In this document: piece by piece, positions 61,956 through 64,000 of the stretch | Layout: each line of letters begins with the position of its first letter | Position numbering within the stretch: position 1 is the first letter of the stretch | Source: an uncultured Bacilli bacterium | Lineage (GTDB): Bacteria; Bacillota_I; Bacilli_A; RF39; UBA660 | Length of the DNA stretch: 64,000 nucleotides | Assembly (NCBI GenBank): GCA_905235045.1 | Contig: CAJOJO010000009.1 | Coordinates: 4,241-68,240 of the forward strand | Direction of reading: 5' to 3' | Translations under genes and position numbers: made by a program | The notes under the pieces: generated by a model | The model's input: only the letters and a program-made list of their open reading frames with translations | Told to the model about the DNA's origin: nothing | The model's database searches: none

Positions 61956-62475
61956 TTGTTTTACTTTCTATATAGTTAAAGAATTCATTTGATGTTTCAC
62001 ATTTATCAATTAATTTCATTAAATCATTAACATTATTTAAATCATATTTTTTTTCTTGATCTAAACGATCTAGTATTTTATTATATGAAAATGGTTTTTT
62101 AGTTTTTTCTTTAACTACTTCTTTTTGTTCATTTTTTTCATAATCGTTTTTATGATATACTTTAATTTTTTTTGTACATGTTTTATTTAAATTAGTTTTA
62201 GAAAATGAAGTAAAACGATTCTTAAAAACTGGTTGTTCTAAAGTTTTTTCTTCTTTCGTTTCTTCTTTAACTATAGATTCTTCATCAACATTTTCACTTT
62301 CTTCTTCAGTTGAATCCAAAGGAGTTTCTTCAATTTCCTCATTTTCATCTTCTTTTTCAACTAATTCTTCATCATCAAAAACAAGTTCATCCATATTATT
62401 AAAGTAATCATTAACAAATTCATCGTTAGCAGACTCAATATCTTCTAACATTTCACCAAATTCTTTTTCTAACAT
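61945..62475 (-). CDS. Hypothetical acidic protein
   Basis: 176-aa ORF overlapping both neighbours, GGAGG RBS. Confidence 0.7.
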   Translation of the reverse strand: MLEKEFGEMLEDIESANDEFVNDYFNNMDELVFDDEELVEKEDENEEIEETPLDSTEEESENVDEESIVKEETKEEKTLEQPVFKNRFTSFSKTNLNKTCTKKIKVYHKNDYEKNEQKEVVKEKTKKPFSYNKILDRLDQEKKYDLNNVNDLMKLIDKCETSNEFFNYIESKTNDK

Positions 62476-63311
62476 ATAGTACCTCCTAGTGCATTAGCTA
62501 TATCAATAAATATATCTAATGATAATTGTTCAGCGCGAACGCTTAAATCAAATCCAACCTTTTTTAATTCTTTTTCTATTATATCTAAATTATATGCTTT
62601 CAAATTATTTCTTAACGTTTTTCTTTTTTGCATAAAACTATCTTTTATTATATTAAATAGTAATTGTTCATCATTTACTTTTTTTACTTGTTTATTTTTT
62701 GTAAATTCTAAAACAATACTATCAACCCTAGGTTTTGGCATAAAAACATTTTTACTAACGTCTAAAAGCTTTCTTACCACAAAATAATAGTTTAAAAAAA
62801 CAGTTAATGAACCATACTCTTTATTTCCTGGAGTAGCTTTAATACGATCACCTACTTCTTTTTGCACCATAATTACAATTTTATCCAAAGGTAATTTATC
62901 TTCAATTAATTTCATAATGATTGGTGTCGTAATATAGTATGGAAGATTTGCAACAACATATAATTTTTTATAATCATATTTTTTTATATCATTTAGTACA
63001 TTTGCTTTTAAAAAATCACCATAAATAATATCAACATTATTATGATTATTTAAATTTTCTTTTAAAACATCCTTTAAAGTTTCATCCACTTCATAACATA
63101 GAACATTTTTTGCATAATCAGCTAAAACTGACGTTAGTGAACCTGCACCTGGTCCAATTTCAATAACTAAAGTATCTTTATCAATATTAGCCTTTGTAAC
63201 AATACTTTTAATAATATTTTCATCAACAATGAAATTTTGACCAAATTTTTTCTTAAAAGTAAATTGTTTGTCATTTAATAATTCTTGCATCTTTTTAGGA
63301 GAATGATTCAT
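62469..63311 (-). CDS. rsmA: 16S rRNA dimethyltransferase RsmA/KsgA
   Basis: KKFGQNF, EIGPGAG, VANLPYYITTP. Confidence 0.97.
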   Translation of the reverse strand: MNHSPKKMQELLNDKQFTFKKKFGQNFIVDENIIKSIVTKANIDKDTLVIEIGPGAGSLTSVLADYAKNVLCYEVDETLKDVLKENLNNHNNVDIIYGDFLKANVLNDIKKYDYKKLYVVANLPYYITTPIIMKLIEDKLPLDKIVIMVQKEVGDRIKATPGNKEYGSLTVFLNYYFVVRKLLDVSKNVFMPKPRVDSIVLEFTKNKQVKKVNDEQLLFNIIKDSFMQKRKTLRNNLKAYNLDIIEKELKKVGFDLSVRAEQLSLDIFIDIANALGGTIC

Positions 63312-63379
63312 AATATCCACCTATTTAATTATACTAAAATAATCTATATAAAACAAGTTTAAACTTACAAAAAAGATGG

Positions 63380-64000
63380 TTACCATCCCCATCTTTTTAC
63401 GTTAAACTTAATATTTGTACCAGTTAAGCCATCAACCCCAAAAACAGTCTTATCTTTTTGGGATGCATAAGCTAAATCCATCCAAACAACCCCTTCATTC
63501 CATTTATTTGCCATTGTTGCTCCTGTATCTAAAACAACCGCCATAAAAGGATCTTTTCCAGGTTTTGTAATTTCAATTATTGTTCCACAAGGGAATTTCT
63601 TTAAAGCAGCTGCGACAATTCTAACCTTGCCATATTGACTATCTTCATAGTAAATACCGTCGTTTACTAAATTATGTTTACCACCATTAGCAGTACGACA
63701 AGCTAAACCACCTGTTCCACTACATCCAGTACAGTCTGGCCCATATCCTGATAATCTACCAGTATAAATTCCTACTGCCCCTGTACCTTTTTCAATAACT
63801 TTATCAACTTTTTCTTGAATTACTTCTTCATTACCAGCACTAACATATTTAACACCTTCTTTACCTTCAACTAAGGTATTAGTAACTCCACTTGGAAGTT
63901 TACTATTATATTGAACAGTTGTCTTATATGGTGTGATAACACTTTCAACTTTAATATCTTTTGTTATATTTTTATTATTAACACTTATTTCTCTTTCAAC
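63380..64000 (-). CDS. G5 plus 3D-like domain protein (YabE-like), 5' end outside window
   Basis: Manual translation ...EGKEG...IEKGT...SGYGPDC...RIVAA...VLDTG...MDLA...RWGW*; lies upstream of rsmA. Confidence 0.75.
   Translation of the reverse strand, partial: VEREISVNNKNITKDIKVESVITPYKTTVQYNSKLPSGVTNTLVEGKEGVKYVSAGNEEVIQEKVDKVIEKGTGAVGIYTGRLSGYGPDCTGCSGTGGLACRTANGGKHNLVNDGIYYEDSQYGKVRIVAAALKKFPCGTIIEITKPGKDPFMAVVLDTGATMANKWNEGVVWMDLAYASQKDKTVFGVDGLTGTNIKFNVKRWGW

Overview
Very AT-rich bacterial chromosome segment using genetic code 11. Gene content looks like a genome-reduced, spore-forming member of class Bacilli; resemblance to uncultured RF39-type lineages is an inference. The backbone is mostly on the minus strand and carries addA/addB, clpB (CIRCE-controlled, no N-domain), mscL, typA, tagO, mbl, rpiB, a FemABX protein, rpmE, murA, fba, rlmH, walJ, the replicative helicase, rplI, whiA, ung, rsmA, sporulation genes (spoIID, spoIIQ, spoIIID, spoIIR, cotJB, cotJC) and many peptidoglycan hydrolases. 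Main finding: a ~14.4 kb island (17757-32200) at the 3' end of tRNA-His, bounded by a 37-bp direct repeat, with no recognisable integrase, capsid, terminase or replication genes. It keeps a phage tail/baseplate-like gene, an ArpU-like activator and a signal-peptide-less DNRLRE/Rhs toxin with an Ntox44-like tip (frameshifted), plus a separate holin + M23 endolysin unit. Both units have the same 19-bp box exactly 10 nt upstream of a -10 hexamer. This suggests a co-regulated, phage-derived system that releases an Rhs toxin by lysis. Other signals: a G9 tract in the -35/-10 spacer of a giant pilin-like adhesin gene (candidate phase variation), murA split by a perfect 13-bp tandem duplication, an identical RBS/start cassette shared by three unrelated accessory genes, sigma-H-like promoters on two DUF1016 genes, and absence of walRK and murAA from their usual loci. 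All family calls come from reading motifs by eye; no searches were run.
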